Origin: Archaeoglobaceae archaeon
GTDB lineage: Archaea; Halobacteriota; Archaeoglobi; Archaeoglobales; Archaeoglobaceae
Direction of reading: 5' to 3'
NCBI GenBank assembly: GCA_027028145.1
Contig: JALVJV010000010.1
Span: 6,979-70,978 of the forward strand
DNA length: 64,000 nucleotides
The notes below the pieces were generated by a model, which saw only the letters and a list, made by a program, of their open reading frames with translations, had not been told where the DNA came from and made no database searches. This document shows positions 7,460 through 17,793 of this stretch, piece by piece. Each line of letters begins with the position of its first letter. Position 1 is the stretch's first letter. Both the position numbers and the translations under genes were made by a program.

Positions 7460-8668
7460 ATGAGCAACGTCACCCTTGAAAAAAGAGTCGTAATATCATT
7501 CAGAGATATATATCCACGGCTAACAACCACATATGCCTCGCATGGTATGTATTATTATCCCGCAAGATTTATTCCACAGGTAGTTCGCTTCTTTATTGAC
7601 AAGTATACAAAAGAACAAGAGTGGATTATAGACCCATTTGCAGGTTCTGGGACGGTTGGTGTTGAAGCCCTAATGACTAATCGAAATGCTATTTGTATAG
7701 ACTTAAATCCAGTTATAGAACCACTTCTAAAGGCAAAAACTTATCTTCCAGATTGGTGTCCCGACCGGTATTTTAATTTAAAGGATGCTCCAATCTATAA
7801 GCCAAAATGGAGTAGAATTAAAGATTGGTATCCTCAAGAGTTCCTCGAAATACTGGAAAAAATGTGGGGGGTGTATTATGAAAATCCACATCCTCTTGTT
7901 CTGATAGCCCTATTTAAGGTGTCAAGAAGATTCTCATTTGCAGATGATCAAGTTCCAAAGATTTTCCGTTCAAAAAAGAAGAAATCCGAAATCGAAGAAA
8001 TGCTAAAAAAAGGAAATTACGAAAAGATGATACTGGAATTTTTCGAAAAAGCATTAAAGGACGTGTATAAAGCAAGTATGGAGTTCAAACGATATTATAG
8101 AGGAGGCACATGCATAGCAAAAGGCGGCATAGACATCGTAAACTATGAACTCGACAGGGAGGTTAACCATCTTCTAACTTCTCCACCGTATGGAATGGCA
8201 CATGAATACATCCGCTCTTTCAAATTAGAACTCGCATGGTTGGGATATGATGATAAGCAGATTAGAAATCTCGGTAAATTGGAAATCCCTTATCGTCCAG
8301 AGGAGACAATACCAAAAATAGATATACAATCCGATACATATGAAAAATTCTACAAGCGAATAGAAGAGAAGAATCCAAAGATCGTGAAAGTTTATGAGAA
8401 ATATTTCACTTCAGTTTTAGGCGTATTTGAAAGACTTGGAAAACGTATAATTGATTATATAGGTATTTTTGTAGGGAATGCGAGTTTTTCGGGGATAAGC
8501 CCACCCTATGACCAAATCTTTATAGAACATTTAGAAAATTGCGGTTTTGAACACATAACGACATATGTAGATGTAATAAAGAGCAGAAAACTCTTTAGAA
8601 AACGCAAAAATGCGTCCCCTAACGGCATTGAAACTGAAAGCCTTGTAATTCTGAAAGCAAAGAGATGA
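7460..8668 (+). CDS. DNA amino-methyltransferase (N6-adenine or N4-cytosine), alpha-type motif order
   Basis: SAM motif I DPFAGSGTVGVEA (about aa 58) and catalytic motif IV LLTSPPYG (about aa 238), with about 180 aa between them. Confidence 0.75.
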   Translation: MSNVTLEKRVVISFRDIYPRLTTTYASHGMYYYPARFIPQVVRFFIDKYTKEQEWIIDPFAGSGTVGVEALMTNRNAICIDLNPVIEPLLKAKTYLPDWCPDRYFNLKDAPIYKPKWSRIKDWYPQEFLEILEKMWGVYYENPHPLVLIALFKVSRRFSFADDQVPKIFRSKKKKSEIEEMLKKGNYEKMILEFFEKALKDVYKASMEFKRYYRGGTCIAKGGIDIVNYELDREVNHLLTSPPYGMAHEYIRSFKLELAWLGYDDKQIRNLGKLEIPYRPEETIPKIDIQSDTYEKFYKRIEEKNPKIVKVYEKYFTSVLGVFERLGKRIIDYIGIFVGNASFSGISPPYDQIFIEHLENCGFEHITTYVDVIKSRKLFRKRKNASPNGIETESLVILKAKR

Positions 8669-8923
8669 ATTTCTTTATATATACAATATAAGTTAAGTTC
8701 TAAAAACGATTATCAAAAGTGCACGAATTTTTGGCGAGTGAATAAATTTATACCTAAAGGTGAAGCGGAGGAGTATATTAAAGAGAAGAGAACGCTTTTG
8801 CGAGCGTTAAGAAACGTAAAAGATTAATGAACCAAATTCAATCTCCAAGCTTGTAAGTTTTCGGTATTTAAAAACGAATTAAAAAGCGAAAAGCTTAAAG
8901 AATAGCTTACAGAAGTGCTTTAG

Positions 8924-9616
8924 ATGACAGTTGTAGTTGAAACTACGGAAATTTACGCTCACGATTTTCATCTGGCCGTATTCGGATCGATTAGGCCGAT
9001 ATTATGTGCTCCAGAATACGTTAGAAGAATGAGAAGGCATTATTACTTTGATATTGAAAAAATCTTAAATTGGGATGAGGAAAAGAAAAATAAGCTCATA
9101 GATTTCTTAGTAGAAGTCGTTTCTGCTCCGAACTTTTATGATGAAGACTTTGAGTTTTGGCTTGAGGAAGTCGAAAGAAAGCTTCAAGAATTAAAGGTAT
9201 TTGAAGAATTTAACCGTCTTAAAGGTTATCTTGAGCGTATAGATCAAAAACAAAGGGAGAAAATCGTAGATATAGCTGTAAACAGAATTATGAGTAGCAT
9301 CGATACAATCTTAAGGGAGTTTGTCTATCAGATGCCGAGCGTTGATGAAAAATCGTTAAAGGAGTTGTTTGTTGTGGGATCGATGCTACGAGTTGTGAGA
9401 AGACTTTTGGAATACTATCGGAGATCGAGAGACAAGAAGATTCTAACCCTCGCTACGGTTTTAATCTTAAGATTTGCGGCCTATGTCAGGGGAAAGATAG
9501 GAATTAATGACTTAATGAGGGACATGAGTATAAGCGTCAGTCATCTTCGTGAGGGGATCCTATCGGATGATACATTTGGGGACATCGTATGCAATATGCA
9601 ACAGATACCAACATAG
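8924..9616 (+). CDS. Hypothetical helical protein
   Basis: 230-aa ORF overlapping the downstream PIN-like ORF by 28 nt. No motif recognised. Confidence 0.5.
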   Translation: MTVVVETTEIYAHDFHLAVFGSIRPILCAPEYVRRMRRHYYFDIEKILNWDEEKKNKLIDFLVEVVSAPNFYDEDFEFWLEEVERKLQELKVFEEFNRLKGYLERIDQKQREKIVDIAVNRIMSSIDTILREFVYQMPSVDEKSLKELFVVGSMLRVVRRLLEYYRRSRDKKILTLATVLILRFAAYVRGKIGINDLMRDMSISVSHLREGILSDDTFGDIVCNMQQIPT

Positions 9617-9984
9617 TTTTCGGAATTATCAATAAAGCCGATCGATTAAACCCTTATTCCGAGAAATTGATAAAATGTCTTTCAGGAAAGCTCTTTATTC
9701 TCTCTTCTGTGGCCCTTGAGCTATGTCAAAGGTTTCCGGAAAAGGTTTACGATGCCATAGTTCCGGTTTTAGAGTTTTATCGATCAGTCCTGTTGGAACC
9801 AATTCCAGAGTCCGAACTCGAAAAGCTTGAAGAGGAAAAATTGAAAGAGTTGATAAGAACACACCCGAGAATGGTGAATTTTTACAAGCTCGCCTTTGAG
9901 ATAGCTAAGAAAACCCGAATGGAACACGGGATCGAAGGAGCAATATTTGGTTTGATGGATTACTACAGTGAAATAAGCTCTTGA
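9589..9984 (+). CDS. PIN-like domain protein, N-terminal part (possibly interrupted gene)
   Basis: N-terminus MQYATDTNIVFGII is a typical PIN first acidic motif (DTN). The ORF lacks the distal PIN acidic motifs, which appear in the next ORF. Confidence 0.45.
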   Translation: MQYATDTNIVFGIINKADRLNPYSEKLIKCLSGKLFILSSVALELCQRFPEKVYDAIVPVLEFYRSVLLEPIPESELEKLEEEKLKELIRTHPRMVNFYKLAFEIAKKTRMEHGIEGAIFGLMDYYSEISS

Positions 9985-9994
9985 TAAATTAGAG

Positions 9995-10216
9995 TTGATC
10001 AAAGAAAAGACGGCCGATATTCGTTTTAAAGACGATCAGGATAGAGGAATATTCTACGATTTTGTTCTAAATTTTGAAGGAGTGACCGCTATTTTTATTA
10101 GTGATGATGAAGAATTCGTTAAAAAAGCGAACAGAGCTTTAGATTCTCTAAAGGGTTATTTGAGCGTCGAGGGTTTGGTTTTTAAAAGGTTGAATGAATT
10201 TCTAAAAAATTGCTAA
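9995..10216 (+). CDS. Possible C-terminal part of the same PIN-like domain, in another frame
   Basis: DDQDRGIFYDFVL and FISDDEEF resemble the third and fourth PIN acidic motifs. It starts (TTG) 10 nt after the previous stop, in a different frame. Confidence 0.35.
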   Translation: MIKEKTADIRFKDDQDRGIFYDFVLNFEGVTAIFISDDEEFVKKANRALDSLKGYLSVEGLVFKRLNEFLKNC

Positions 10217-10324
10217 AAACTTAACGATTAGCCTATTGGCTCTCAAGTTAAACTCGGCCATTGCAATCCACTCTGCTGTTTTAATAGGAATGTTATCGAT
10301 CATTCTGAAAATGGATTCGTCATG

Positions 10325-11422
10325 CTATTTCAAAACTCCCAACTCCGTTAACCTTTCCGGCAAATAGACATCGGTAACGTAATCCAAACCGTATTTCGCC
10401 AAAGCCTGCTGTTCCGACTTTCTACCCAACTCAAGCTGGAGCTTTATTTCCTTCTGCCAGAAATCGTCGCTGAACCTTGGATCGGACAGAATGGAGTTCA
10501 ATGCTCTCACGTCTTCATCGGTAAGCTTATCCGAGGGAAGCTTGTATTTAACTATGTCCGAAGGTCTAATTCCGACGAATTTTGCCGAAGGTGTGGCGAG
10601 ATATTCCGAAAGGTGAGCGGACTTTATCGATCCGTAAGCTATAGATGCAAATATCCTGTAACTCCAAGGATCACCGTCGGTGAAGACAACCACTGGCAGA
10701 TTTAACTCCGTATTGAGCCTTCTCAAAAGCCTTCGGGTGCTCCTCGCCGGCTGACCTTTTAAATGGACTATAATCGCGTTGAACTTCTCATCGAATCCGT
10801 TCTCCACAAGTCTATCACGCATACCTCCCGTTTCTATGGCTATTACGAAATCCGCATCGCATTCCAAGAACTCCAAGTTGTCGACGTTCGTCGGAATCTG
10901 ATAACCTCCCTCACCTACATCATCTTGACAGTGGATAACTCTCTCACCCCTTCTGGTCTTCTCCCTTATTCTGATAGGCCCAAGCACCGTCGCACCGTCT
11001 TCCTCTGGACGAACGTTGAAAGCTTCTCTCTGAAACCCCGTTAAAATCTCCAGATCTTCGATGAGCCTGTCGCTCTCAAGCTGTTCGTTGAACTTCGCGA
11101 TTCCCCAGTTTTCTGATATGTAGTATAGCTCTCTTAACGTTGAAGATTTGTTCTGCTTCATCTGCTCCTTCAGGAATCCGATAACGTAAACCATCCTCAA
11201 AAGCTGATAAGCCCCCTTAACGCTCTTTGCGGATCTCGTGGACTTCCTGCTTCCGTAAACCCAAACTTCGGATTCCTCGCTGAACTCGATGTTCTGCTTA
11301 GTTCTCGTTGTTATCTTTATTTCCGGAATCTTTCCCTCCTTCATCTGATTGTAGATTTCCTCGACAATGCTGAGAAGGGATCGAAGTGCGGACATCTTAA
11401 AATGCTTATCGAGGTATTTCAA
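10325..11422 (-). CDS. top6A: DNA topoisomerase VI subunit A (Spo11 family)
   Basis: [11 protein letters not shown] (catalytic Tyr region), Toprim [10 protein letters not shown] and [13 protein letters not shown]. 365 aa. Confidence 0.93.
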   Translation of the reverse strand: MKYLDKHFKMSALRSLLSIVEEIYNQMKEGKIPEIKITTRTKQNIEFSEESEVWVYGSRKSTRSAKSVKGAYQLLRMVYVIGFLKEQMKQNKSSTLRELYYISENWGIAKFNEQLESDRLIEDLEILTGFQREAFNVRPEEDGATVLGPIRIREKTRRGERVIHCQDDVGEGGYQIPTNVDNLEFLECDADFVIAIETGGMRDRLVENGFDEKFNAIIVHLKGQPARSTRRLLRRLNTELNLPVVVFTDGDPWSYRIFASIAYGSIKSAHLSEYLATPSAKFVGIRPSDIVKYKLPSDKLTDEDVRALNSILSDPRFSDDFWQKEIKLQLELGRKSEQQALAKYGLDYVTDVYLPERLTELGVLK

Positions 11423-11470
11423 AATACTATCGATCGAAAAATAGTTTTAACCGAACTCGAACGGACGATC

Positions 11471-12457
11471 ATGAAGAAAAAGATCGTCGTTATTCCCGGT
11501 GACGGAATCGGAAAGGAGGTAATGGAGGCCGCGATGCTCGTTCTAAAGGAGCTCGATCTCCCGTTCGAATACATCTACATGGAAGCCGGAGATGAGTGCG
11601 CTAAGAAGTATGGAACTCCTTTGCCAGAAGAGACTCTTCAAGCATGCAAGGAAAGCGATGCGGTTCTTTTCGGAGCCGTTGGAGAGACAGCGGCTGACGT
11701 CATCGTGAAGCTGAGGTTCGAGCTCGAAACGTTCGCCAACGTCCGTCCCGCTAAGTCCTTTAGAGGTGTGAAAGCTCTATACGACAACGTCGACATCGTG
11801 ATCGTTAGGGAGAACACGGAATGCCTTTACAAGGGATTCGAGTTTGAATTCGATGGTGTGGCTGAAGCCGTTAGAATTATTACGAGGAAGGGCTCCGAAA
11901 GGATCGCAAGGTTCGCATTCGAGCTTGCGAGGAGGGAGGGACGGAAGAAGGTTACGGTTCTGCATAAGGCCAACGTCATGAAGAAAACTTGCGGATTGTT
12001 TAGAGATGTGTGTAGAGAGGTGGCAAAGGATTATCCGGATATCGAATACAACGAATACTACATCGACGCCGCGTGCATGTATTTGGTGATGGATCCGTGG
12101 AGGTTCGATGTTATTCTTACGACCAACATGTTCGGCGACATAGTAAGCGATCTCGCCGCCGGGCTTGTGGGTGGCTTGGGCTTAGCTCCTTCGGCAAACA
12201 TCGGCGAAAAGCACGCACTGTTCGAGCCAGTTCATGGTTCTGCTCCGGATATAGCGGGAAAGGGAATCGCAAATCCGACCGCAATGATACTATCAGCCTG
12301 CATGATGCTGAAGCATTTGGGATACGTCGAAGAAGCTATTAAGGTTGAGAGGGCTTTGGAGGAAGTTATAGCGGAAGGTAAGACGACTCCCGACTTGGGA
12401 GGAAATTTGAAGACGATGGAGATGGCCGAGGAGGTTGTCAAAAAGCTCAAAGCCTAA
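11471..12457 (+). CDS. leuB: 3-isopropylmalate (or homoisocitrate) dehydrogenase family enzyme
   Basis: MKKKIVVIPGDGIGKEV and NMFGDIVSDLAAGLVGGLGLAPSANIG. About 328 aa. The ORF-track start at 11402 would overlap top6A, so the internal Met at 11471 is preferred. Confidence 0.8.
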   Translation: MKKKIVVIPGDGIGKEVMEAAMLVLKELDLPFEYIYMEAGDECAKKYGTPLPEETLQACKESDAVLFGAVGETAADVIVKLRFELETFANVRPAKSFRGVKALYDNVDIVIVRENTECLYKGFEFEFDGVAEAVRIITRKGSERIARFAFELARREGRKKVTVLHKANVMKKTCGLFRDVCREVAKDYPDIEYNEYYIDAACMYLVMDPWRFDVILTTNMFGDIVSDLAAGLVGGLGLAPSANIGEKHALFEPVHGSAPDIAGKGIANPTAMILSACMMLKHLGYVEEAIKVERALEEVIAEGKTTPDLGGNLKTMEMAEEVVKKLKA

Positions 12458-12498
12458 TTTTTTCGCAATATTAAATTGCTAATAGAGGGCTTGAGAGT

Positions 12499-13299
12499 AT
12501 GAACATCTGGCAGTTCATAAAGAAGTATTACATCGATTCGATAGTTTACAAGACCGGATACAACCCCGTCAACACCGCAACTTGGGCTATAATTCTGATA
12601 GTTGCAGTTTACCTCCTCTACAAGTGGCTGGTTAAGAGGATAAGGATCGACGAGAGGTTCATATACGGAAACATTCCGTTCATAATCTTCGGTGCGAGCG
12701 TTAGGGTTGTTGAGGATGCGGGATTTCTAAAACCGCCGATAAGCTATCTTTTCATGACCCCTCTAATAGAGTTCCTAATCTTCGCGATCGCTTTGCCTAC
12801 GCTCATCTTAAGCATAAAACTGAGAAAGGACAGGTATTGGATTCACTACGGCTTAGCTGGAACGGTTTTGGCTGTAGCAACCCTCATCCTTCTGCTGGTA
12901 AATCTGAAGGTAAAAAACTGGTTCGTCTTTCCCACCGCTCTGGCTATGGCTTCGGCGTTCACCCTTGCCTACCACTTCGGAACGGCTAAATTTGCCAAAC
13001 ATATGCATAATAAGTTGAGCGAGATGGTCTTCTTCGCCCACATGCTCGACGCCTCGGCAACTTTCTTGGGCATCCAGTTCTTGGGATACTGGGAGCTTCA
13101 CGTGATTCCAAGGCTTCTGATATCGAACTTCGGACCTTGGATAATGATCCCCGCTAAGGTCATTCTGTTCTTGGGTATACTGTATGTTCTGGACAAAGAG
13201 GAGGACGAATCCCTCAAGAACTTCATAAAGTTCGTCCTAATCGTCTTGGGCTTGGGACCGGGCTTGAGAGATTCTCTGAGGATGACGTTTGGCGTTTGA
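12499..13299 (+). CDS. Polytopic membrane protein (recalls archaeal DUF63-type proteins)
   Basis: 266 aa with about 7 hydrophobic segments. The family assignment is from memory only. Confidence 0.5.
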   Translation: MNIWQFIKKYYIDSIVYKTGYNPVNTATWAIILIVAVYLLYKWLVKRIRIDERFIYGNIPFIIFGASVRVVEDAGFLKPPISYLFMTPLIEFLIFAIALPTLILSIKLRKDRYWIHYGLAGTVLAVATLILLLVNLKVKNWFVFPTALAMASAFTLAYHFGTAKFAKHMHNKLSEMVFFAHMLDASATFLGIQFLGYWELHVIPRLLISNFGPWIMIPAKVILFLGILYVLDKEEDESLKNFIKFVLIVLGLGPGLRDSLRMTFGV

Positions 13300-13321
13300 T
13301 ACGGACTAATACCGCCCACTA

Positions 13322-14092
13322 CTAAGCGACAAGTTCTTCAAGCTCCTCGGGAGCGGAAGCAAACCGTCTTAAGCATTCGAACTCCATGAAGTGCAGAGTT
13401 CTGGCTAAGACGACCAGTATGTGCAGGGGTTCACCGAAATCGACATATCTCAACTTTTTCAACCTATCGCATTTAACGAAAGGCTTCTCGCTTCCGGCTC
13501 TCGCAATTCCTACTGCAAAGAGATCTAAAATCGAATCTTCGGCTTTCTCCAAAATTTCAATAGCTTCGTTGATCGTCATGGGTTTCGGATGGAGGTCTAA
13601 GAACAAAACGGTATGAGCATCTATACTTAAATTCTGCTTTATTACATTTATCGGCGTTTTCGAAACCTTTCCGGCATAAGGATAGCTGACGGTAGCTGAT
13701 TTCCCGAATCTGTAGTTGTGCAATCCCGTTAAGCCGCAGATCGCATTTATTATGCTTGCTGAGTGGATTATCCTAACTTCAACTCCCGATTTCTCGGCTT
13801 CGAGCCTTAAAGCCGAATGGGTCGTTGCTATCATCGGATCGCCGGGCACCAAAATCGCGACATCTCTATCTCTGGCTTTTTCTATTATCCACTTGCAATT
13901 CTCTTCGAGATCGCTTCTGCTTAGTTCTCTGATTTCCTTACCAATGAAATTCCGAATTCTATCCAGATTTGTTCCCATCAGCTTCGACGTGTAAAATTCG
14001 ACGTATACCTCATCTGCTCTTCTCGCGAATTCGAGTCCCTTGCAAGAGATGTCCGTTTCATCCCACAGCCCCATGCCTATAAAGATGAGCAT
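13322..14092 (-). CDS. dph5: Diphthine synthase
   Basis: MLIFIGMGLWDETDISCKGLE..., VAILVPGDPMIATTH and tetrapyrrole-methylase-like motifs. The internal Met at 14092 is preferred over 14170. Confidence 0.88.
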   Translation of the reverse strand: MLIFIGMGLWDETDISCKGLEFARRADEVYVEFYTSKLMGTNLDRIRNFIGKEIRELSRSDLEENCKWIIEKARDRDVAILVPGDPMIATTHSALRLEAEKSGVEVRIIHSASIINAICGLTGLHNYRFGKSATVSYPYAGKVSKTPINVIKQNLSIDAHTVLFLDLHPKPMTINEAIEILEKAEDSILDLFAVGIARAGSEKPFVKCDRLKKLRYVDFGEPLHILVVLARTLHFMEFECLRRFASAPEELEELVA

Positions 14093-14209
14093 GACAAATC
14101 GTGGTTGGTTCGACTCTTTTATGTAACTGTTTGGCGTTGTGGTGTAGTTCAAAAGTGCTTTTTTAAGCACGAATAAATGAAAAGGGTAAAGAATGCTGGT
14201 AAGAGACGC

Positions 14210-15202
14210 TCAGACCATAGACTCGGCGATATCTATAACTTCGTCCTTGGGTAGTTTCGTCGATATCGTTATCGAGACGTTACCCTTGTAAAATCTTAGT
14301 ATGCTTATACCCAATACTTGAGAATACTCGGCCGTTATTCCGTTGATGTTTACCTTCGTAGCGTTGGGCAACGGCGTCTTTGGATAGCCAGTCGACTCAG
14401 CTATAACCAACTTCTGATCGTCTTTGGTGTAGTAAAGGGAAACCATCTCCCTGCCGTCGAATTTAAAGACGTAGGCGTAATCGAATTTAAATCCGGCGGT
14501 ATACTTCGGCACTGTTATCGTGAAGTTGACCCGCTTCTGAGCTTCTTCGAGGGTGAGCTTCTTAGGCGGCGTAAACAACTTTTGCTCTACCACCTTCGCC
14601 CCCTTAGGCGGTTTGAATTCGAAAAGGCTGTCCGAAATTCCGGTGTTGAACTTTACGTCCTTGTATTCCATCGTCAACTTGAGTTTTCCGTAGTCCGATT
14701 CAATCTTCAGAGGATACCAATACTCCTTGTCTATCCAAAGCTTCTCTTTTATGCAAAGCGTCTTGGTTTTGGGTATCGCCTCGATCACGTAGCAGTCCCT
14801 TCCGGAAACCTTTTCGCTTCCCAGCAGTTTCACGTTGGTATTATTCATGAGGTCTTCAATCAGCTCTCCGTAGTCGAACTTCGGCTTCTTTTTAGGTAAC
14901 TTCATTATCGTGACTTCGTTTCTCTTTTTGTCGTAAATCCACATTACCGTGTCGTTAGAAACTACGGTGTAGTTTTCACTGTCGCTCCAATACTTGTCCG
15001 GCTTCTTCATCGCGAATTTGGTAACCCTCACTATCTTTTTTCCGTTAACGTAAATCGTCGTCACCATCGTTCCTTCCATGTCCTTTACGGCTTTGTATTT
15101 TTCTTCCATCTTCTTCGCTATCTCCTTCGCACTCATTTGTGTGCATCCCACGATCAACGTTGCCGCAATCAGAAGAGTCAGAAACGCCCAAAGTCGTTTC
15201 AT
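14210..15202 (-). CDS. Secreted lipoprotein with LolA-like domain
   Basis: Signal peptide with lipobox-like LIVGC. 330 aa, beta-rich. Confidence 0.55.
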   Translation of the reverse strand: MKRLWAFLTLLIAATLIVGCTQMSAKEIAKKMEEKYKAVKDMEGTMVTTIYVNGKKIVRVTKFAMKKPDKYWSDSENYTVVSNDTVMWIYDKKRNEVTIMKLPKKKPKFDYGELIEDLMNNTNVKLLGSEKVSGRDCYVIEAIPKTKTLCIKEKLWIDKEYWYPLKIESDYGKLKLTMEYKDVKFNTGISDSLFEFKPPKGAKVVEQKLFTPPKKLTLEEAQKRVNFTITVPKYTAGFKFDYAYVFKFDGREMVSLYYTKDDQKLVIAESTGYPKTPLPNATKVNINGITAEYSQVLGISILRFYKGNVSITISTKLPKDEVIDIAESMV

Positions 15203-15386
15203 AAATCGTAAACCAAATTCGTATTATATAATCTTTTCTATTTTTCAGAATAACAATTATTAATTAAAATAAACATATTCAATTAATCAAAAATGACAAT
15301 TTCGAATTTTTATTTTAAATAAAATTCTTTATAACGAACCAGCGGATCAAACGATTTTTTAACCCCTTTGAGATTTCAGAACATCG

Positions 15387-16454
15387 ATGGACTTGATACA
15401 GCAGATCAAGAAACTTGAAGAGGAGATCAAGAAGACGCCATACAACAAAGCTACCGAACACCACATAGGTAGGCTAAAGGCTAAACTCGCCAAGCTAAGG
15501 GAAGAGCTTGAGAAGGCGAAAGCGAAGAGTAGCAAAACCCAGCAATTCGCGATAAAGAAAGAGGGCGATGCTACGGTAGTTTTGGTTGGTTTTCCTTCAG
15601 TCGGTAAGTCTACCTTACTCAATGCGTTAACCGGAGCCAAAAGCGAGGTTGCGGACTACGACTTCACGACTCTGAAGCCCGTTCCGGGGATGTTGGAGTA
15701 TAAGGGCGCTAAGATTCAGATAGTCGATGTTCCGGGTATAATCGAAGGAGCTTCGAAGGGAAGAGGGAGAGGAAGAGAGGTCTTGGCGATGGTAAGAACT
15801 GCGGACATGGTTCTGATAGTTACGGACGTTTTCAACCTCCATCAAGTGGATGTAATTAAGAAGGAGCTTTACGAAGCCGGTATCAGGCTCGACCAAAAGC
15901 CACCGGAAGTCATAATCAAAAAGAGGGATAGAGGTGGAATTAAGGTTACCTCGACTGTCCCGCTTTCGCTGGATGAGAAGACGATTGTTGAGATTCTGAA
16001 GGAGTATAGAATACACAACGCCGATGTTTTGATAAGGGAAGATATAACGATCGACAGGCTCATAGATGCCATCTTGCGCAACAGGGTATACATCCCCTCG
16101 CTGACTGTAGTCAACAAGATCGACCTGTATCAGCCGGAAGATCTGCCGAAGGATGCTATACCGATTTCGGCTGAGAAGAGGATAAATTTGGATTTGCTCG
16201 TTGAGAAGATCTACGAGAAATTGGAGTTCATTCGAATCTATCTGAAGCCGCCCGGTGGAAAGCCGGACTTCGACGAACCCCTTATAATGAGGAGAGGTGC
16301 TACGGTTGCCGATGTTTGTAAGAGATTGCATAGGGGGATGCTTGAGAACTTCCGATACGCTAAGGTTTGGGGTAAATCCGTGAAGTTCGACGGGCAGAGG
16401 GTCGGCTTAGATCACGTGCTCGAAGATGAGGACATTCTGACGATCTACGCTTAA
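15387..16454 (+). CDS. DRG/Rbg family GTP-binding protein (Obg-like, C-terminal TGS domain)
   Basis: G1 [10 protein letters not shown]3 DVPG, G4 NKID. 355 aa. Confidence 0.88.
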   Translation: MDLIQQIKKLEEEIKKTPYNKATEHHIGRLKAKLAKLREELEKAKAKSSKTQQFAIKKEGDATVVLVGFPSVGKSTLLNALTGAKSEVADYDFTTLKPVPGMLEYKGAKIQIVDVPGIIEGASKGRGRGREVLAMVRTADMVLIVTDVFNLHQVDVIKKELYEAGIRLDQKPPEVIIKKRDRGGIKVTSTVPLSLDEKTIVEILKEYRIHNADVLIREDITIDRLIDAILRNRVYIPSLTVVNKIDLYQPEDLPKDAIPISAEKRINLDLLVEKIYEKLEFIRIYLKPPGGKPDFDEPLIMRRGATVADVCKRLHRGMLENFRYAKVWGKSVKFDGQRVGLDHVLEDEDILTIYA

Positions 16455-16864
16455 ATTTTGCCCAGCTTCCTCCTCAAAAATCGAGCAACTTCCTCTAAAT
16501 CCTCGTCACTCTCAAAGTAGAGGGTTTTTACCGCAAATATCGAAGGCTTCCTTAACTTCAGCCTGATAACCTTGTTTTCGTAATCCACTTCAAAATCTTC
16601 GACGTTAGAAAGGGGTGTTTTGAAAGGCTTGTAAACTATCTCGCCGTCGATGTAGTAGTATCTGATCTTTCCAAGCGTTATTATCGTGTATAGAAACACC
16701 ATCAGCGAGAAGAAAGAGAGAGATAGCAGGGTGAACCTAAGGTTTCCCGTGATTGAATACTTGTAAACCGCGTAGCACACTCCAACCACAAGCAGGATCA
16801 GACAGAATGACAGCCATTTTCTTTTTGCGATAGGATTGTTTACCGCCCTATACTTCCAGATCAC
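16451..16864 (-). CDS. Small membrane protein (two TM plus soluble C-terminal domain)
   Basis: 137-aa ORF with two hydrophobic helices, 4-nt overlap with the convergent GTPase gene end. Confidence 0.5.
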   Translation of the reverse strand: MIWKYRAVNNPIAKRKWLSFCLILLVVGVCYAVYKYSITGNLRFTLLSLSFFSLMVFLYTIITLGKIRYYYIDGEIVYKPFKTPLSNVEDFEVDYENKVIRLKLRKPSIFAVKTLYFESDEDLEEVARFLRRKLGKI

Positions 16865-16941
16865 ACTCCAGCGTTTGCATGCTTATTTTTATAATTTTCC
16901 AAAAGCCGGCAAAAAATATTTATCTGTTCGTGCCTTTGCTA

Positions 16942-17787
16942 ATGCCGATGAAGGTTAAGGATGTCATGACGAAAGATGTCGTGTATGTGACCCTTCCGAA
17001 TAACAGGAGGTTCGTTCTCGAACTTTTCAAGAAGCACGGAATATCCGCAGTTCCGGTTTTAAAGGATGGAGAGGTTGTTGGAATAGTCACGAGAAAGGAC
17101 ATCCTTAGGAAGATAGAAGAGGATCAGTTGGCTTTGCTCATGACCCCCAATCCGGTTACGGTTGACGCCGACGATCCGATTGAGAAGGTCGTCGAAATTT
17201 TCATAAACAACCCGTTTCACAGACTTCCGGTTGTTAAGGATGGCAGGCTCGTTGGAATAGTTACCGTCAAGGATCTTATCAAGCTCATCGCGGAGTTGGG
17301 AATAGACAAGCCCGTTAGGGATTACGTGACGTATTCGGTAGTTTGCGTTTGGGATGAGACTCCTCTAAACATAGTTGGAGAGATAATGAGGCTCAGCAAC
17401 TCGGAGATTTGTCCGGTTATAGATTCGAATGCACAGCTCGTTGGAATAGTTGATGAGAAGATAATGCTAACCGAAACGCTGATCGAGGAGTTCATAGAGC
17501 AGACCCAGTATACATCTTCGAGCGACACCGACGACGCTTGGACTTGGGATGGAATTAGGGATTACACGGTCAAATACTTCGAAATAAGCGTCGTAAAGCT
17601 ACCGAAGGAGCCCGTGAAGGAATTTATGAAGGATCCGGTTTCGGTTTATCCGCAGACATCCGTAAGCAAGTGCGCGAAGCTCATGGTTAAGAACGACATA
17701 GATCACATGCCCGTTTTGGATACTCAAGACAGGCTCGTTGGAATCGTGAACGACAAAGACCTCATCAAAGTTTTGATTAAAGAATGA
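16942..17787 (+). CDS. CBS-domain protein (tandem CBS pairs)
   Basis: Repeated VKDVMTKDVV / ...HRLPVV.DG.LVGIVT..DL motifs. Start placed at Met 16942 because an A/T-rich TATA-like box (about 16908-16921) lies upstream. Confidence 0.8.
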   Translation: MPMKVKDVMTKDVVYVTLPNNRRFVLELFKKHGISAVPVLKDGEVVGIVTRKDILRKIEEDQLALLMTPNPVTVDADDPIEKVVEIFINNPFHRLPVVKDGRLVGIVTVKDLIKLIAELGIDKPVRDYVTYSVVCVWDETPLNIVGEIMRLSNSEICPVIDSNAQLVGIVDEKIMLTETLIEEFIEQTQYTSSSDTDDAWTWDGIRDYTVKYFEISVVKLPKEPVKEFMKDPVSVYPQTSVSKCAKLMVKNDIDHMPVLDTQDRLVGIVNDKDLIKVLIKE

Positions 17788-17793
17788 AAAATA

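Noticed and set aside
10217-10324. ATGACGA / ATGATCGA strings on the minus strand suggesting a C/D sRNA downstream of top6A
   Set aside because: No CTGA boxes lie at the required 12-nt distances.
11402-11470. N-terminal extension of the leuB-like ORF overlapping the top6A start
   Set aside because: The conserved N-terminus begins at MKKKIVVIPGDGIG (11471). The extension has no homology-like features and would remove the divergent promoter region.
14318-14899. 193-aa plus-strand ORF
   Set aside because: It lies antisense within the lipoprotein gene and has no start context or motif.
15627-16331. 234-aa minus-strand ORF
   Set aside because: It lies antisense within the DRG-family GTPase gene, which has all the G motifs.
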